Source: Macrostomum lignano
Lineage: Eukaryota
DNA length: 64,000 nucleotides
Direction of reading: 5' to 3'
NCBI GenBank assembly: GCA_002269645.1
Contig: NIVC01001824.1
Coordinates: forward strand, 48,073-112,072
Shown: piece by piece, positions 44,195 to 56,149 of the stretch
How the letters are laid out: every line of letters starts with the position of its first letter
How positions within the stretch are numbered: the first letter of the stretch is position 1
Notes under the pieces: generated by a model
The model's database searches: none
Seen by the model: the letters and a program-made list of their open reading frames with translations, nothing else
Told to the model about the DNA's origin: nothing
Program-made: the position numbers and the translations under genes

Positions 44195-46854
44195 TTAGAA
44201 ATGTGTCAAACCTTGAGCTAACCAAGTGCAAAGCAGATAAAGCTTAGCGTGCAATGCATGTGTACATTTTAGCTGCCTGTATTTCGGTGCGTTAATTTGA
44301 AATGTTTGAGTTTTCGTAGGACCGTTAGTTTCAGATAAATGTATTTTGTCCCACAGGTATCGCGCTAGGTCTGCAGTTGAAAGACAGAACGTAACAGGTG
44401 TCAGAACTTTTATCTCTGTCTGCCAAATATTTTTTGAATTTCAGCAGATTTCGTTAAATACACTGTTGCAAAATTTAGATTATTGACTACAATAACGGGT
44501 CTATGAAATTTGCTTGCGGAAATTTGCTTGTCGAAGTCTGCTTGCCGAACTTTGCTTGCCGAACTTTGCTTGCGGAATTTTGCCTGCCGAAGTTTGCTTG
44601 CCGAGCTTTGCTTGCCGAACTTTGCTTGCCGAACTTTGCTTGCCGAATTTTGCTTGCAGGAAATTTGCTTGCCGAACTTTGCTTGCAGGAAATTTTCTTG
44701 CGAGGTTTGCCAGTCAAAGTTTTGCGGGACCTTAAAAAAACCTATTTTTGAGCTCTTGTATTTCTAATTTTCATTTTCTAAGATTCGTGGAAGTCGCCTA
44801 TAGTGTTATGATTTACCAGGTAGTATGAGGATATGGCGGATTATTAATTACATTTTATATACTAAAATATTATTAGTATATGCATTATTATACATTAGCA
44901 TCACTGCAATTATCATACCTGCTCAATCGTGCTGAAATCAGGAACTACAAAGATTTATACTGTTACCGATCCCTATCTACCTATACTAAATCTCTAAGCA
45001 TTCTATATACTACATTCTTAAAATGAAACTCTATAAGCCTAGTTTGAAAGCTTAGTGTCAAGTCAGTTTACGTCGACCCTGATATGAATCCACTTGCAAA
45101 GCATCTGTAGTAAGTAATAATTGACTGACCAACTTTACAAGCAATCAAAACAAGCAAGCAAAAAAGAAAATAATTCTGCAAGCTAAAACCTTGCGATTGT
45201 GTGATTGCAAATTTCTAGAAAGCAGACATCAAAATTTCGCAAGCAAAGCTCGGCAAGCAAAGTTCGGCAAGCAAACTTCAGCAAGCAAAATTCCGCAAGC
45301 AAAGTTCGGCAAGCAAAGTTCGGCAGGCAAAATTCCGCAAGCAAACTTCGGCAAGCAAACTTCGGCAAGCAAAGTTTGGCAAGCAAAGTTCGGCAAGCAA
45401 AGTTCGGCAAGCAAAATTCCGCAAGCAAAGCTCGGCAAGCAAAGTTCGGCAAGCAAAATTCCTGCAAGCAAAGTTCGGCAAGCAAACTTCCCGCAAGCAA
45501 ACGTCGTACTCCCCTACAAGCCTCCCCATACTACAAGCCTCCCCACACTACAAGCCTCCCCACACTACAAGCCTCCCCACACTACAAGCCTCCCCACACT
45601 ACAAGCCTCCCCACACTACAAGCCTCCCCACACTACAAGCCTCCCCACACTACGAGCCTCCCCATACTACAAGCCTCCCCTATACTACAAGCCTCCCCAC
45701 ACTACAAGCCTCCCCACACTACAAGCCTCCCCATACTACAAGCCGATCCCCACACTACAAGCCTCCCCACACTACGAACCTCCCCACACTACAAGCCTCT
45801 CCACACTACAAGCCTCCCCACACTACAAGCCTCCCCACACTACAAGCCAGCTCCACACACTCGAAGCCTCCCCATACTACAAGTCTCCCCACACTACAAG
45901 CCTCCCCACACTACAAGCCTCCCCATATTACAAGCCTCCCCACACTACAAGCCTCCCCACACTACAAGCCTCCCCACACTACAAGCCAGCTCCACACACT
46001 CGAAGCCTCCCCATACTACAAGCCTCCCCACACTACAAGCCTCCCCACACTACGAACCTCCCCACACTACAAGCCTCTCCACACTACAAGCCTCCCCACA
46101 CTACAAGCCTCCCCACACTACAAGCCAGCTCCACACACTCGAAGCCTCCCCACACTACAAGCCTCCCCACACTACAAGCCTCCCACGCTACAAGGCTCCT
46201 TCCATGTTCTTCTGTAAGCTCTCTCACCATGAGACTCCGCCTTTCCCAATCAGCTTCTCCACAATCGCAATCTTGATGGTGAGCTGAAAAGAGACGGCTT
46301 AAGTAATAAATCTTTTTAAAATGATATATTGATAAACACATGCTGCCCATTTAGTTTGTGCCAATTTTTATCACTATTTCGACGGACAAGTCTAACATCT
46401 TAGGGCAAAATAAACGTTGGCTGTTTTAACTTAAAAATCACAATTGGTTGCATTTCAATAAATTCGTAAAATTTCTACTAAAAAAATATTGAGAAACGCC
46501 ACAATAGAGTATTGGCATAGTGATTGACTTCAGCTCACTACACTGCAATGACGCAATTATTTTCAACTCGGGCGCACTAGTGTGCACACTGCTACAGTTA
46601 AGAATGCTCACCAAGTATATGCTCTCCAAATATGTAAAAGTACAAGTGCTAAAGCCTATTAGCAGCATGGATCATTTGGACTTTGCCTAAGTCTCTCGGT
46701 AGTGTTAAAAAACAACAATTAAGGTCGAAGTAACCGATTTTGCAACGATAATAGCACTGACCAACATGAAGCAACAAGAAATGAAGTAATTGATCTTATA
46801 CTCGTACTCTAGGTCGTATACATCAATTGAACGTAGCTCGTACATGATGTACAT
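44195..46854 (-). CDS. Candidate small 5-exon gene, hypothetical protein of ~128 aa
   Basis: Exons 46854-46762, 46648-46612, 46283-46228, 45214-45190 and 44370-44195 have GT-AG boundaries and keep one open frame (MYIMYELRSIDVYDLEY...YIFGEHILAHHQDCDCGEADWERRSLMKFAITQSQDLARYLWDKIHL...). No homology recognised. Confidence 0.35.
44497..45513. mobile_element. Second foldback-like structure: inverted arms of 13-bp TTGCTTGCCGAAC repeats
   Basis: The left arm at about 44505-44720 and the right arm at about 45230-45505 (GTTCGGCAAGCAA) are reverse complements. The termini resemble those of 40076-41312. Confidence 0.55.
45513..46195. repeat. 17-bp minisatellite
   Basis: Unit CACTACAAGCCTCCCCA. Confidence 0.95.
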
Positions 46855-47255
46855 TTTGATTTGCTGTGCAAGTCGATTCCTCCCTTGATTATCGTTGGTT
46901 TAAAGTGAAAGCGTTTTGATTGGCTTAGAAAACTTAGCTATCGGCCCACGCGCGAGATGCGGGGTAGAGAGATTGAGGGTTGTGCGCAGCTTTAGGCCAA
47001 CTCCACTCCCCAGGTTTTTTCTACCCCTCCCCCTTCCTCGCAAATCACCCACCCCATCCTCCGCTGCGCCTTATCTATTTTTAAACAAGCTATCTATAAT
47101 CAGCCGGGCCTCATACAAGTTTGTAACAGATTTGAACTGAACAGGCTCTACATGCGGCCTAAATATTAATTCAAAATAAGAGTGTATTGGATAATTATCG
47201 ATCTGTATTCTCTAAATAATAAATATAAATAATACTTGCTTGTTTACTCATCATA

Positions 47256-48773
47256 ATGACAGCTCCAACAGGAAGCATCGATTCAACAGTCTATACTACA
47301 CTGCAACAACGACTTTTGGCTTTCTTGTGTTGTTTAGTAGCTATGGCAACCGCTGTGCTGTTGTGGGGCGTCGGAGCTGAGGCTGTTCACTTCGGACACA
47401 AATTGTCCGGCTCTCTGCTGCTGATTGATGCCACCCTGATGACGGTCTTGGAGGCTGTGACAGTTTGTTTCTTACTGTTGCCAAGGAATAGTTGCATCCG
47501 GTGTCGCCGCATTGAGTGCCTATCAACCGGTCTGGACACCTACAAGCGGTCCATTCTGTACGCTTTGCTCACTGCTACCTGTTTTGTACGGCTGGACGAG
47601 TTTTGGATGCCGGCTGTACCAGGTGAGGCCTTATATTGATTGCAGTTTTCAGAGTAATATTAGCGTTGTCACAATTGAAGACAAAATGATGATTATTTAT
47701 TCCAATTCAGGTAGCGCTTTGATTCTGTCGTCTGTGATGTACATGCTAAAGCACTGCTGCAATCGCAAGGCAACCATTGATGTTGGCAAGATGCCATCGT
47801 TTTTTAGGTGAGAAAGATGTATTATGCGATAGCAATCTTGTTTTTATTTTTACTTGTAGCTTTGGGTTATCACCTCTTGGCTTTACTCTCGATTTCCACT
47901 TCTACCCCCTCCTCTCTTTCCCCTCCTCTCTCCCTCTTTACCCTCCTCTCCCCGTCTTTCCCATCTTCTCTCCCTCCTCTCTCCCTCTTTCCACTCCTCT
48001 CTGTCTTTCTCCTCTTCTCTCTGTCTTTCCCCTCCTCTCTCCCTCTTTTCCCTCCTCTCTCCCTCTTTCCCCTCCTCTCTCTCTTCCCCTCCTCTCTCAT
48101 TATTTCCCCTCTTCTTTCCGTCTTCCCCTCCTCTCTCCCTCTTTCCCCTCCTCTCTCCCTCTTTCCCCTCCTCTCTCCCTCTTTCCCCTCCTCTCTCCCT
48201 CTTTTCCCTCCTCTCTCTGTCTTTCCCCTCCTCTCTCCCTCTTTCCCCTCCTCTCTCCCTCTTTCCCCTCCTCTCTCCCTCTTTTCCCTCCTCTCTCCCT
48301 TTTACCCCTCCTCTCTCCTCTTCCCCTCTTCCTTCTATCTCCCTCTTCCTCTCTTGTCTGCTTTTTTCGGCGCCAGAAGTTGCCAGATAACAGACAGCTC
48401 AAGCATCCAATTTTTCAGCTTTGAAAGAGCCGCCTCGCTGACACCGGAATCTGCAGTGCCGCCAACTGACACTTCGTCACAGCAGCTGCGGCAGCCGCCA
48501 ACGGCAAAACCACTCGGCCTAGACAATAAGAAGCAACAACAGCAGCTGCAGCCGCCTCCGCCGCTGTACACCCCCACAGTGCACAGTGCTGTCAACGACT
48601 ACTGGAGGGACCCCGACGTCAGCAACGTAGCTCCAGTTCCAGCCGTTCCAATAATTCAGCAGCCGCCTGCTCTTCCACCGCGTCGCAGTCGGCAGAACCG
48701 CGTACTGCTGAACAGCAGTGTCGCCGCCTCCGACCAACAAAATCATTGGTGTAAGAAGCTGGACGACATTTAA
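47256..48773 (+). CDS. TMEM72: TMEM72-like multi-pass membrane protein, 3 exons, ~272 aa
   Basis: Exons 47256-47622, 47711-47807 and 48419-48773 (phases 1 and 2, total 819 nt). LCCLVAMATAVLLWGVGAEAV..LLLIDATLMTVLEA and YKRSILYALLTATCF..W..AVPGSALILSSVMY match the TMEM72 pattern as I recall it (LLGITTAAVLIGVGTETF..AAVSICEG; FQKFLAYLLLSVACF..W..TIPGSMLIITGLAY). Confidence 0.8.
47890..48350. repeat. CT-rich ~20-bp minisatellite in TMEM72 intron 2
   Basis: TTCCCCTCCTCTCTCCCTCT units. Confidence 0.92.
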
Positions 48774-49639
48774 TAATTAAAGCATTCTGTGTCTGAAGTT
48801 ATTCGTGTAGTCAAGGACAGTGCTACATTTATCATACGATTTATAAGGTTTAAAACCCTTTTTAACAAGTATTAATTTAAACAAAACTATTAATAAGCGA
48901 TTGGAATTTAATATAATTTTTGCCAACGAAGTTTTTTCTCTGTTCTCGGCAATTTAGCGCAATTTTATTATATTTATTAAACAGCATATATAATGCGCAA
49001 TTATTTACTGCACAATTGTTTGCATATTTTTAGCCGAGTTACAGTACGAGTATATTCATCGTTTATGTACGTTGCATTGAGTAAAATTCAAAACGAGTTG
49101 TTTACAATTAATTATTTCGAATTGTTTTTATGAAAGCGCAATTAATTGTTCTGCAATAATTATATTGATTTATCGTTATATTTCACTGCTTTTTCTATTA
49201 TCTAATTAATAAAATACATTCTGACTAGAAAAAAAGACAAATCGTTTTGAAAAAAATTTGTAGGTTTTTCATAGTTAAAAAAATTGATTTGTTCAAATAA
49301 TTTGTAGCAGGGTACTATAGTGTTATTTATTTATTAGTTGCTGTAATTGACACCTCGAACAATTTTAGCCTTGAACGTTTTCACATTTACTTGATGCGTA
49401 TATGTAGATTCGATGTATCTGGTGACTGGTGGGGTTCAATGCATGTACTTCTCGGCTGTCCCAAAATGTTTGAGACTTATGAGTTATAGAGTTGAAAATG
49501 TTTCTATCTAATGCACCATATTTTATTCCTTATAATAACTGCATTTATTGGTCATAAACATATTTCAGTCCTAGTTCATTTCGTCAAATATGCAAAGTGC
49601 CCTTAATTTTTAAGTGCAATGCCCGTGCTTCAGTCTATT

Positions 49640-49975
49640 CAGATGACTTCAACAGTCAAAAACAACAAAACGTCAACATGAACAAAGGGGATGAACATCG
49701 TCAAGCAGTAATGTAGTCTCCTCCTGACTTCGCAATGGCTGTGAAACACGCGCTGCTCGAAGTCTTGTTTCATCCATCCAGCTGAGCAGAAATCTGTCGC
49801 AAAGGTTAAAGTCTGGATTATAGGGAGCCAATGGTACAGTATGCGGATGTTCCGGTTTTCTGTGTAGGCTCGAGTTTCTGCGGACACATGCGGCCTTGCA
49901 TTGTCCCACTGCCAGATGACTGGTCCAGGTGAACCGGGTTGTTGCACGACTTGGGGCTTCTTCGCCATAAGCAGT
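49640..49975 (-). mobile_element. Tc1/mariner transposase relic (C-terminal part of the catalytic domain)
   Basis: WQWDNARPH, then after a frameshift APYNPDFNLCDRFL; these correspond to the mariner HDNARPH and PYSPDLAP.D motifs. Confidence 0.8.
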
Positions 49976-50059
49976 CCTCAATTCTTGGAAACACTGTTTA
50001 TTCCGCTGGAACGCCAAGCTCTGGACGGGCACGGGGATAGAATTGGAAGTTATGCACAT

Positions 50060-51650
50060 GTTGCTTTGCATGACTGCTTTAGCTCGCGTTGCATTACGAC
50101 AGAGCCAGGCTGACTTAAGTCTGTCCTGCTGTATGGTAGAACGCAAATGCGACTTGAAGCGTCGCAAACTAGAAAAAGATCTTTTACAGTTGCATGCAGT
50201 TGAGACAGGTAAAGTTGCAGAAATCTTCAGCAATGCGGAAATGTTAGGGAAAAACGCAACATCGCAGTCATCCAGCGCCCCAATCACAGTGTCGGCTGCA
50301 GCCTCTGATTTTGACTTTCCAAAGGCGTTTCCAGCAGGCAAACTCACCCCTAACGACTGCATGGTTGTCCCCAAAGCTGCTGAACAGCAACTGTGCAAGC
50401 TCGAAGTCTTTGACATCGTATAAATGGATATACTTCGGGAGTAGGCACGTTGACTGGAGTAATACGAGCTACATCATGCTGGGCCTGGTCCCCCAATAGC
50501 GCTGCTGGAACTCGTACACATCAGCCTGGAAGTTTTCTTCCGGCGTGTCTTCGCTAGCACCACGCCCCTGCTGACAGCCTCTACGACGAGGGACGCGCCA
50601 CTCTTACGTCCGCTTTAGCTGCAGCTTCGGATGCTGACGACCAGATGCTTTTGAAGACAAGTGCTGGCTTCTGCCTGCATCTTTTTCAGCGCAATGTTCT
50701 TGCTTGCTGTGAACAGATCGATACTAGCTTGATGAAGAAAGCTGGACAGAGGCCGGGTTACTGCCATCCCCTCGCCCATGACATGCAGCGCCCGATGAAG
50801 TTTGGCATTGTGCAGGTGGCCTTCAGCATCTGCTCCTTGGCAGCAGTTCTTGGATCGCAATCGGAGGCAAATTCGCAGAAATCAAGAAATTTCACAATTG
50901 CTGCGAAAAGCTGCGAAAACACGAGCAAGGCGTCGTCATTGCACTCGATATCCAGCGAGTATTGCAAAGGGTTAGGATTTTTTGCTGACGGCTTCTGCAG
51001 AAACTCTTTGAAGGGTGCAGGAACTCTGGCGGCAACTCTGAAAGAGCTCGAGCCGCTTTGCCAATGAATTGACGAAGTTCGTTACTTCTGCTATAACCCC
51101 CATTGCGTTGCTAATTGGGGGCAGTTTGCAAAGGCATGAACGAGAGTAAGGTTTAGGCAGTGACTTGCGGCAGTGAATGTAGTATGCTGCTGGACACTTC
51201 TGTGCCGAACGTCATGTGCCTGAACTCCATTAAACTCACCCCGCACTGCAGCGTCCCCATCGGTAGTTGATGCCCTGCAACTTCTCGAGAAAACTGAACA
51301 ATGCAGCGGCGAGTGCTGAGCCGGACTGATCGGTCATGAAAAACACTCGGAGAAAATCTTTCCTGAGAGTGCAGTCAGCATCCACGTACCGAGCAGCAAC
51401 TGACATCTGCTCCTTTTTTGAGATGTCACATGTCTCATCATGAGGACAGAAAAACATGCTGCATTGACTTTGTTGGCCAGAGTTTCCTGAATCACGCAAC
51501 CATGCAGAGGCTTCGAGGAGCTTGTTTTGAATTGTCTTGCTGATGTACTGTACTGTTGTTATACAGCATTGAGTAGTTGTATAACAAACGGCAACCGAAG
51601 CCTAAGACGAATATGGTCATTCACAGCTGTTCACTCAGAAGACCACCAAT
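50060..51650 (-). mobile_element. Decayed hAT transposase (DUF4371-type region plus C-terminal dimerisation domain)
   Basis: DETCDISKKEQMSVAARYV at about 51450, and FPNISALLKISATLPVSTA..KRSFSSLRRFKSHLRSTIQQDRL at about 50120-50260; multiple frameshifts and stops. Confidence 0.85.
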
Positions 51651-51886
51651 GCGAAGTCGATGCAGTCGATTTCCCCTGCCAGTATAATCTTCAGTAGTAG
51701 AAGCGTGGGCTTCGGCAGCAGGGGCGCCGGATTCAGCAGCAGGACCAGAAGTTGGGCTCTGGAAATAATTGTGCTTCAATGCTCGACTGGAAAGCGGGCA
51801 AAACTTCCTGCGGGAAATTCTTGTGCTCCCACTATTCCTAATGTGCTTCTGGCGCTTTCTTCGAGAAGACGAACCTTTTTTTGCGT

Positions 51887-52114
51887 CAGTGGCGCTGCCA
51901 GGAATTTATTTCAGGGGGGGGGGCATTCAGCACCTGAGGAGGGGTATAGAGCTAGGAGGGACTTTAATTTTCTCCGGAATTTCTCAGGGGGAGGGGTTTT
52001 GAGGGGGGTTTAAAAAAAATAAGAAAAAAATTTTTTGTTTGGAATTTTGAGGGGGGTAAATTTTGGTTGGGCCAAGCCCTTCCACCCCCCCCCCCCGCCC
52101 TAGCTGCACCACTG
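51887..52114. mobile_element. hAT-type MITE (228 bp)
   Basis: Imperfect TIRs CAGTGGCGCTGCCAG / CTAGCTGCACCACTG; flanking 8-mers TTTTGCGT (51879-51886) and TCTTGCGT (52115-52122). Confidence 0.75.
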
Positions 52115-53071
52115 TCTTGCGTCTGTTTTCGATCAGCCCCGGAGGCAATCTCGTACGTTTCATCGTAGACTATGTATTTCTTGCAATATTTGCGGAACTT
52201 GCAAATGAGCGCAGAGATGCAACACTTTTTTTAAATAGTTTAATTACTTTAAAGCTTGGGTGTCTCTGGCCAACAAATACTAATTGATATCATCACTTAG
52301 TAAAATGTATTTTGTACACTATCATGCCTGTCATACGCTTACAAGTGAGCGCGTTGCAACCTTAAATTAAAATATAGTAAAAGTAGCGTTTTAGTCAACA
52401 TAAGTTATGTTTCAGTATTTAAAGAACAATTATAAAGCACAAAATTTCAATTTCGTTATTATAGGCAATTCGTGAAAGAATTAAGGTTATCAATATTGTT
52501 ATAACGTTTTACCCCCGTGCTAAATTTATTTCAAAATTCATGACTTATGTTTCAAATTTATCAGACAAATTATTGTGAAATCATATGGTATGGACCTATG
52601 CTAGCTAGCTTAGCTTAGCTGGGGACCTGCCGACCTGGGCAGTGGGCTTAGGCCTATTCACCAACGGGATCAACTTAGTTAACTTAGTTGGTTGCAATAA
52701 TCATTCTAATACCGAATTTTCGGTCTAACTCTAATAGTGTGAGAACACTGACAAGTGACAAGCAGATTTTTATTTTTTAGGCAAATCTCTTTCTAAAAAT
52801 ATAGGCCTAGCCAAAACTGAAATAGTGAAATTTAAGAGATTTAATGCAAGATAAGATGGCGCAAATGATGGCGCAAGTGCACCATATATATGATGTTCAC
52901 TGCTTAGCTTATGGGCCTGGTCTATGCTGCTTTTTCCACTCAACAATTAAATTCAATTTAGCCTTAGGGCCTAATTATTATAGATTTCTTAGGGCCTATA
53001 ATTTAAATTTTAAAGCAAATCCAATAATTAAATTAAAGTCTAGGACAGGTAGGCCTATACAATCTACTATA

Positions 53072-53665
53072 CCACACTCAGGAAGGTGTCACATGTGCGC
53101 CGGAATATATTTCATCGTATTTTTGGAGTGTGCGCTGTGCGCGAAGCTAAAATATGAATTTGTGCGCAGAGGTCTACATTCGTTTATTGACAAATACATT
53201 GCTAGAGTACCAATGAGCCGTAGCACAAAAACTCGGTAAAAATATAATTAAAACAAAACTAAAAAACGGATAAATTTTCGTACTTTATGTAGGCTTTTTT
53301 TTAACTCAAAACTTTTGCTTTATTTTAGTTCACGTAGAAAATTTTCAAAAAAAATAGCTTTAACTTTACAGTAAAATACCATTTTGAATTTTATTATTCG
53401 TTTCACTTACCAAGAAACACTTTTTCATTGATAGGCTTGGAAAAAAACTTAATCTTAAAGCATATTTTACGCACTGCATATGCAGATTATACATTTAGGT
53501 GACTCATTGTGGGCTAAATTTTTCTGATCGGGTTTTGCTATGCGCTAATGTGCACTAAAAACTTCTGCTAAGCCTCTGTTGTGCGCCGTGTGCGCCACTT
53601 CGCGCACATTTTTCGTTGATGTGCGCCGGAATTTTCCGCCATAATGTACACCTTCCTGAGTGTGG
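53072..53665. mobile_element. MITE with 18-bp perfect TIRs and 8-bp TSD (594 bp)
   Basis: CCACACTCAGGAAGGTGT ... ACACCTTCCTGAGTGTGG, with an exact TSD CTACTATA at 53064-53071 and 53666-53673. Confidence 0.88.
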
Positions 53666-53687
53666 CTACTATAGACATAGCCACTGG

Positions 53688-54115
53688 GGCAATTTTTTAC
53701 TTTACTGCGTTTAATTTATTTAACCATTTTTTAATTGCTGCTTTTCTAAGTGATGCTTTTCTGCGTCCTGCAGGTCAGACATGCCCAGGCATAGCCATCA
53801 ACAAATTGGGCTCCATCCTTCCTCTGTAGCCACATGGCTAGAGCCTTAGGCTTAGGGCATTGTTCACATGCCCAAGAATTTCGTAATAGCCCATAGGTGG
53901 CCAGCCAGTGAATAGTTTGCTGGCTATTAGATGTCAGCAGCACAAGCTCGCGTAGCATGATGTCAATGTCATTGTCATACAGCTCGGCTGCTGGCCTTAG
54001 ATTGGCCTTGGGCATAATTGTAGTAGGTGTAGAGGGCCTTCTAGCCATTAGTAAATTGGCTGAAATGAAAAAGAAAAGTGAAAAATAATTAAACACAGTA
54101 AAGTAAAAGATTGCC
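53688..54115 (-). mobile_element. Merlin (IS1016/IS1595-like) internal-deletion element (428 bp)
   Basis: TIRs GGCAATTTTTTACTTTACTGCGTTTAATT / AATTAAACACAGTAAAGTAAAAGATTGCC; exact 8-bp TSD GCCACTGG (53680-53687, 54116-54123). The internal ORF WLATYGLLRNSWACEQC..M..DGYAWACLTCRTQKSI is a Merlin-type N-terminal Zn ribbon. Confidence 0.82.
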
Positions 54116-54449
54116 GCCACTGGTATCATTGACTAGACTAGACCTATCTCTGAGGAAAATGTTTTTGTATTGTATAGATTAGACCTATAATTTTTTATAA
54201 GGGATTGATAGGATTGATATGCACTATCTAGAATAATATAGATAGAGCTGGTTACTTTTAGACTATTTTAGGCAAATTTTTTTAGGTTTTAGTTAATTTT
54301 TTTGTTTTATAGGCCCCCTATTAAAAAGCAAACAAATATTGGAATTTAAGTATTAGGCCTAGTTTAGCATATACTTATATAATAAAAAATGATTGTTTAA
54401 AACTTAAAAAAATTATTTATAGCACAAAAAGCAGGTCTGTGTGTAAGTT

Positions 54450-55100
54450 AGTAAGTTTGCAAAAATCCCAAATGTAAGAGTTTAGCTTGCTCTATTCATT
54501 TCTTTTGAAAGAGCATTTAATGCAGCTCCTAGATATAAATTGAACCTTAGGCCCTCCTAGTCTATTTAAAATGCTTATCTTTTGCTTTCATCTCTTATTC
54601 AATGCATAAAATCTCTTTAATTGCTTTTCTTTTTGCAGATGCACTCTTCTTAGCATTTGCTTTTCATTCCTATCATCTAAGGCATCATAGTAGTGCTACC
54701 TAGCTATTTGAATATTTGAAGTGGCTTGGATAGAGCAATATTCATTGAATCACTAGCAATTCTAATTTTGTCTTGAATTAGGTGCATAAGCACCAGTGAC
54801 TTGTGTAAAAGATTTGGCACCAATAGGTTTATGTTTAGCAAAAAGCCACTTTCTATTGTAGCATTGCCATGCAACATCACTAGAGCCATTTTGATCAGTT
54901 TATAGAATACATTTTTGGCTACTGTTTTTAGACTATAGAGACTATTTTTTTTATACTAAGGAGCAAGTTCCAATATAGCTCATCAATCTTATCAGTTGAA
55001 ACTATGGAGAGCTAGGTCATATTTATCCATAATAAGCCAGTAGCACTCCATGAATTTAGCAAGAAGTAACTAAAAGAGCTGTTAGTAAACTTTAAGGGAA
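54450..55100 (-). mobile_element. Degraded hAT-like transposase C-terminal fragment
   Basis: KLIKMALVMLHGNATIESGFLLN resembles the L(S)HG.A..E.GFS motif of hAT-type dimerisation domains; many stops. Confidence 0.5.
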
Positions 55101-55731
55101 CTGCAAATTAGCATTGGTGAGATCAAGCTAGCACTAATAGCAATTGCAAATTGCACTAGAAACTTTAACAAAAGAAATTTGGTTAGAGTAATGTTAAAAG
55201 TTTTTGTAGTCAATCAAAAACTTTAGTAGCTTTTCTTGCTCTAAAATTTTTGTTTTTATAAGAGTGATGCTTAGCTCCTTTCAAGTAGCAAACCCAATGT
55301 TGATTGACTTGGCTGGCAATGAAGCATTGTCAAGATCCAAATTGACTAGATCCAATATTAATGCCTTAAAAGCAATCTATTGTGTTAATTAATAAGTTGA
55401 TTATAAACATCAATTTAGTATACTATCCATTAATTTTTAAATCTAAAATGCAAAAACTTGCCTTAGGCTTCACAAAAAGCAAACTAGATTGAACAAAAGA
55501 ACACTAAGTTTCTCAAAAAGACACTAAGTTTACTCATATGCTTAGGAGTACGGAGGAGCCAGCAGAATAGGGCAGAATTGCTTGACCACCACTTAGCTGT
55601 GGAACAGTGTTGGTTAGTTGCAAGAGATTTTGTGCAACCTAAAAATATTTGAATACTAAATTCTCATTCATTGTTCTGTTCTGCCAAGACAACTATCTTT
55701 AAATTAATTCGATAATTTCAGATTTTAGAAC

Positions 55732-56049
55732 ATGCCTGCATCCTCAACATCCAGAAAAGATGTACAGTCACAGCAATCTGACAGTCAATATGTTTCCAGT
55801 TTATTAGTCCAGAATGGCCTGCCAAAACTGATTATTTGTTCAAAGAACAAATCGAGTATGAATGACTCATCATCATTTCTAGTTGCCGCCAATCAAAGTG
55901 GTGGACCTTTAAGGCAGTTGCAGCCAAGAAACCAGTTAGATTGGGCGATACAGTCAGCTAATGGCCTCTCTAATGGCAGTGCTACGTTGGTAGCAAAGAA
56001 GATTGACAGTCATCAATCAGCCTGTAATAGTCTTTCTATGGAATGTACT
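55732..56049 (+). CDS. Probable upstream coding exon (Ser/Gln-rich), possibly of the Asx-like gene
   Basis: Acceptor tttcag| about 10 nt before ATG 55732, open frame to ACT|gtgagt at 56049/56050. It is phase 0 and does not join directly to the phase-2 acceptors at 57281 or 57299. Confidence 0.45.
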
Positions 56050-56149
56050 GTGAGTGCTTGTCTTATGGACATCTTACTTTGTTTGTTAAGTTTACTTATT
56101 CTGTGTTTTGTTTTGGTGCTGACAATATTTGATTTTTTTCTTTAATACA

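Noticed and set aside
45191-46287. 360-aa ORFs resembling plant extensin (SPHYKPP repeats)
   Set aside because: Artefact of a 17-bp unit cycling through frames; several frames are open and the array lies in a probable intron.
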